Source: Heteronotia binoei (taxonomy: Eukaryota). From it: a stretch of 64,000 nt of DNA. Below the pieces are notes generated by a model. It had not been told where the DNA came from and ran no database searches. It saw nothing but the letters and a program-made list of their open reading frames with translations. The position numbers were made by a program, and so were the translations under genes. This document shows positions 60,038-64,000 of the stretch, one piece after another (position 1 is the stretch's first letter; each line of letters opens with the position of its first letter). The stretch spans positions 72,230,001 to 72,294,000 of the forward strand of contig NC_083226.1 of the NCBI RefSeq assembly GCF_032191835.1. Direction: 5' to 3'.

Positions 60038-60317
60038 CTAATGATAAAGCTGCTTGCTTATGATTGTGATATATTATATCCTACCTTTCTTTTAAAGAAA
60101 CTGAAGTTACAAAATGCTTGTTCATGAGTGTAAAATATCAATAAATAAATATAATACCCACCCATATCGGCAGAGTTTGAGTAATAATCCAATTCACACT
60201 TCGGTATTTGCTTTCAATGACTTTTACTGCAACAGATTTGCAAAAAGACAATAACTGACTGTAGGCCACTAATATAACAAAAAGGCCTTCAGATGACAAG
60301 CACTAGCACATACTAAC

Positions 60318-62600
60318 TAGGGGTGTGCAAAAAAAAATAATTCGGAATTAATCGGATTCGGAAATATATGGTGCCAAAATATTTGGAATACCATATATTT
60401 CCAAATACTGGTATTCGGAATAGCCATATATACTGGAGATATACGGCTATTTCCGAATATATGGCCCCCATTATACCCTATGGGCCATTGAAATCAATGG
60501 TGAAATAGGGTATATTGGAAGCCACCTGGAGGGGAGGGGGTTTGAGGGAGAGCTGGGGACTCTCCCCTACAAACCCTCACCATCGCAGCACTCATCTCCG
60601 CTCTCAGGGGCCTACCGCTCCCAGAGGTGCCAACGAGCTGCCCAATGAGTGTCATCTCGGCACTCTTCTTGGCGTGAGTCTGGTGGGAAACACTGCCTAG
60701 CCGGGGAGGTTGAGAATGAACAGCAGTGGAAGTGGCAGATGAGCTGCTTCCACCCCCTCCTCCTCAGCTACCAGCACTGGGCCCGCCCTGACTCTGCAGC
60801 GCTCGACTTTCTGGGAGAGCTTATCTCGCCAGCGATCAAGCTCGTTGGCCCACTTGGTGATCATGCCCTTAAGGCATGGGTCTAACATGGTTGCCATCAT
60901 GTAGACCTTATCCTGGATGAAACTCTGAAAGTGGGCCTCAAGCCCTTCCTGCAGCCTAATAACCAGGGGGTGCACCGCTGGAAGAACATCTTCCCGGCCT
61001 TGGGCTGGCACTAGAAACGAGGCCAGGTCCTCACGGGCCATATGGACCATGGGGACAACCAGTGCGATGCTCGCTGTATCAGATGAGAGCATTTCTGTGT
61101 GGGTTTTGAAGGGCCCAAGAACATCCAGTCTGAGAAATGACCACCCAATCCTCTTGGGCAAGATGGTTCTCATCCCGAAAGACCCTTGACTCAGAAACAA
61201 AGGCATCCAGGGCTGCTCTCCACCATGCGCTCCAGCATGGCACAGGTGGAGTTCCAGCGTGTGCTGACGTCACCAATCAGGCGGTGCCCTGGCACGCCTG
61301 TCAGTGTCTGTTTCTCACGCAGCAGATATGAGTCCATATTGCTGCATGAGAAGTGACCTGTGATGTGCCAACACTCCTGGAGAGGAAGTCGGTACTCATG
61401 GCCCCAGCAGCACAGTACAAATGCTCCTTCACCACAGATCTGGTCACCCTGAAAACAGATGGTACAATGGTCCTGCTAATGGTGATTCTAGCAGGAATTT
61501 TGTTCAAGGGCACCAGGTACTTGAGCAACCCTAGCACCCCAGGATTCTTGACCACTGAAAATGGAAGCCCATGGGAGACCGACCTGGCAAGGTTCCAGAT
61601 GATCACCCTCCTGCTGCACCTGATTCCTTCTTTTGACACACAGGTACCACCCCCACCAAATATCTCAGGCAGAGATGCCTGGCGCCCCTATCCTGTTGTG
61701 GAACTCTCCTGCTCTGGAGGTAGTCACAGTGGGACGGACCTCCTGGCTGGGTAGCATTGGCTGCTTGGGCACCCCAGCACCAGCCTGCTTCTCCCCCTTA
61801 AGAAGCACCGCCTGATGGTGCTTCTGCAGGTGGTTCTGCATCCCCCTCGGAGTCAGGTGGGCAGGGTCCTGCCAATGACTGATCCGGGCCCTGCACAACT
61901 GGCACTGCTTATAGCATGGATCCTCCGTAAGTTGGAAATGCTTCCAGACTTCAGAAGTGTATGGCTGCCCAAGCTGACCAGCAGCTTGGGTGTACAGAGC
62001 CACCTCCTGTGAGGTGCTCGAGGCAGACACATCATATCTTGGGGTGGCAGAAGGGGCTGGCTGCCAGGGGAAAATGGGTAGAGATGGAGGCACCTTGTGT
62101 GTCACCATTTCTTCCCCCTCCACCCCATGTGGCCTCCCCTCCTGGCCATCCCCTAAAGGACTGCTGGTGCCCGAAGGAACCGAAGAGGGGGGCTGGTCCT
62201 CCTCAACCAGCTTCTCCTCCAGCTCCTGCACAACAATCTGCACTCTCATGGGGGTGATCATTTTGGACAGAAAAATGTCTGCAAAGCTCATCTCCAAGGA
62301 GGGCTGCTCTCGCTGCCCCTCGTCTGGCTGCTGAGGCCGAGGGATATCAGCTGGAGGAGAGACTGCCCTGCTAGCACCTAATGGCACCTCTGCTGGGGGT
62401 GCCCCAGCAGCAGCCTCGATGAAGGGCCCAAGGCAGGCCTTCTTCATCACACTCCAGCCAGAGGTCAGAGTGCTGGAAGGCAGCTGTGGAGTGACCCTAC
62501 GCACATGTGGGGGGTGTGAACTGGATCCTCCCCCTCCCTCTAGTCTTCTCCTTGGCCTTGCCCCCGGGGCCCCTCTTCTGCTGCCTGTCACTCATGTCTC
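60318..62600 (-). pseudogene. hAT transposon remnant with BED-finger transposase
   Basis: BED finger SEVWKHF...CQLC...MQNHLQKHH; DKVYMMATMLDP; TIR-like TAGGGGTGTGCA at 60318 with subterminal TTCGGA/ATTCGG repeats. Opposite TIR not seen. Confidence 0.82.
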
Positions 62601-63008
62601 ACTTGGCCAGTCTCACACAACCTGAACTGAGAGTGGGTTTTTTTACAAACCTAACTCACTACACTGTAACCTGAACCAACAGGTGCCCTGACTTCTTTTT
62701 AATATCCCTCTCACCAAAACTTGTTGTTTGTTTTTTTGGCCCCTAACCTGTCCTTCTTTGGGTTGGGGTAATAGTCTGGTAAAGTTTAGGAGACTAGGTG
62801 ATCCTGCCTCTACCTGGCTACAGTTTTTAAAAGGCTACCTGATAATTTCAATAACACCGAGCCATCTTATACATAATTTGATTGTACCATAATGTCATAC
62901 TGTTTTATTGGTTTTATTGTTAAATTATTAATTATATTATATACTGTTCTATTGTATCATGGTTTTACCATGTCTTGTTAGCTGCCCTGAGCCTGCCTAG
63001 GCGGGGAG

Positions 63009-63138
63009 NNNNNNNNNNNNNNNNNNNNNNNNNNNNNNNNNNNNNNNNNNNNNNNNNNNNNNNNNNNNNNNNNNNNNNNNNNNNNNNNNNNNNNNNNNNN
63101 NNNNNNNNNNNNNNNNNNNNNNNNNNNNNNNNNNNNNN
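63009..63138. other. Assembly gap (130 N)
   Basis: Run of N directly after an L2-type tail. Confidence 0.99.
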
Positions 63139-64000
63139 TCTTTGTTATATCCTCCTAGTTAAACTTCTCCTAACTGGATCCTGGGACAAACCGGATTTCC
63201 TTGCAAACTAGAAATCAGGTGTCCCCTATAACTAGAGAGAAGCTGTGGTTTACCCTATGGAAATCTAAGGATGCACCAGCTTTCAGTGGCTGAAAGCAAG
63301 ATGCACTGCAACCATAGTCTCTTTAAAAGGGAGCCTGATGTGGCCTAGTAGTCACACTGCCTTTTATGAGAAACCTAAAATCTTTTTAAATTGCCCCTAT
63401 CTGGCCTAGTTGAATTTTGAAAGAAGATAAAGCCCTAAACTGGATTAATTTTTTTAAAAATTTCAAAAAACACAATTCCTAAAAACACCCTTATTACTGG
63501 GGCAGGCTATTTAGTGGCCCTAGCCAAACCGAAAGCACCCTCAGACTCCAAAAATAGCTCTATAAAAACATGAAAGTGACCCACTCTGCACAGCCCACAC
63601 ACCAACCCCCTCACACCAACCAGAGGTAATTAAAAAAAAACCATGACAGAAAGAAACTTAACTTTCAACCCCTTCCCCCCCCCCCAAAAAAAAAACAGAA
63701 CCAGGAAAAGGGACAACAGGACAGGATGCAAAACCAACAGCAACAGATCCAAAGAAATCCAACTGAGAAAAGGCCAACAAACTCAACTGTTAAAACACTC
63801 AACATTTTAACAATAAAAATTAGGCCAAACAGGCCCCCCCACAAGAACCAGAACCAGAAGAGAAAAGGAACAACAGCAGCACAACACAGCAGCAACAAAT
63901 CAAACACAGAATCCTTTTAAAACAGTAAAAAAAAAATGACTTTTAACAATACAGGAACTTAACCAGCCCCTCCCCCCAAAAAAACCTTCACCCTAACCCC

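Noticed and set aside
62975-63211. ORF spanning X residues
   Set aside because: Artefact of the N gap.

Overview
This is repeat-rich vertebrate genomic DNA, most likely squamate reptile and probably gecko-like, judged from its SINE/CR1/L2/Penelope content. No host gene can be identified with confidence; there are only a few isolated candidate exons. The main feature is a decayed but precisely bounded Maverick/Polinton (adintovirus-like) endogenous dsDNA virus at 9333..21323. It has ~285-bp terminal inverted repeats starting (A/G)GTAGTAG and a perfect 6-bp target-site duplication (CTGGTT). It retains remnants of the virion module: minor capsid, a basic core protein, major capsid, adenain-like protease, two conserved core ORFs and the A32/FtsK-like ATPase. 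No pPolB or integrase was seen; that region is occupied by CR1/L1-like LINE pieces. Next to the left TIR, five ORFs that look unrelated join into one acidic, Cys-rich gene. They are linked by four 77-86-bp introns, all with GTAAGT donors and all phase 0, and the exons appear to repeat a ~35-aa Cys module. This spliced viral accessory gene is the most interesting signal. The window also holds a near full-length Ty3/Gypsy element (tRNA-Ser(GCT) PBS), a 5'-truncated Ngaro-type tyrosine-recombinase retrotransposon with split direct repeats and an SGNH hydrolase ORF, Penelope fragments with hammerhead-like cores, a 725-bp palindrome, hAT transposons/MITEs with 8-bp TSDs, L1/L2/CR1 fragments, SINEs and a 130-N assembly gap. 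All calls were made by eye, without database searches.
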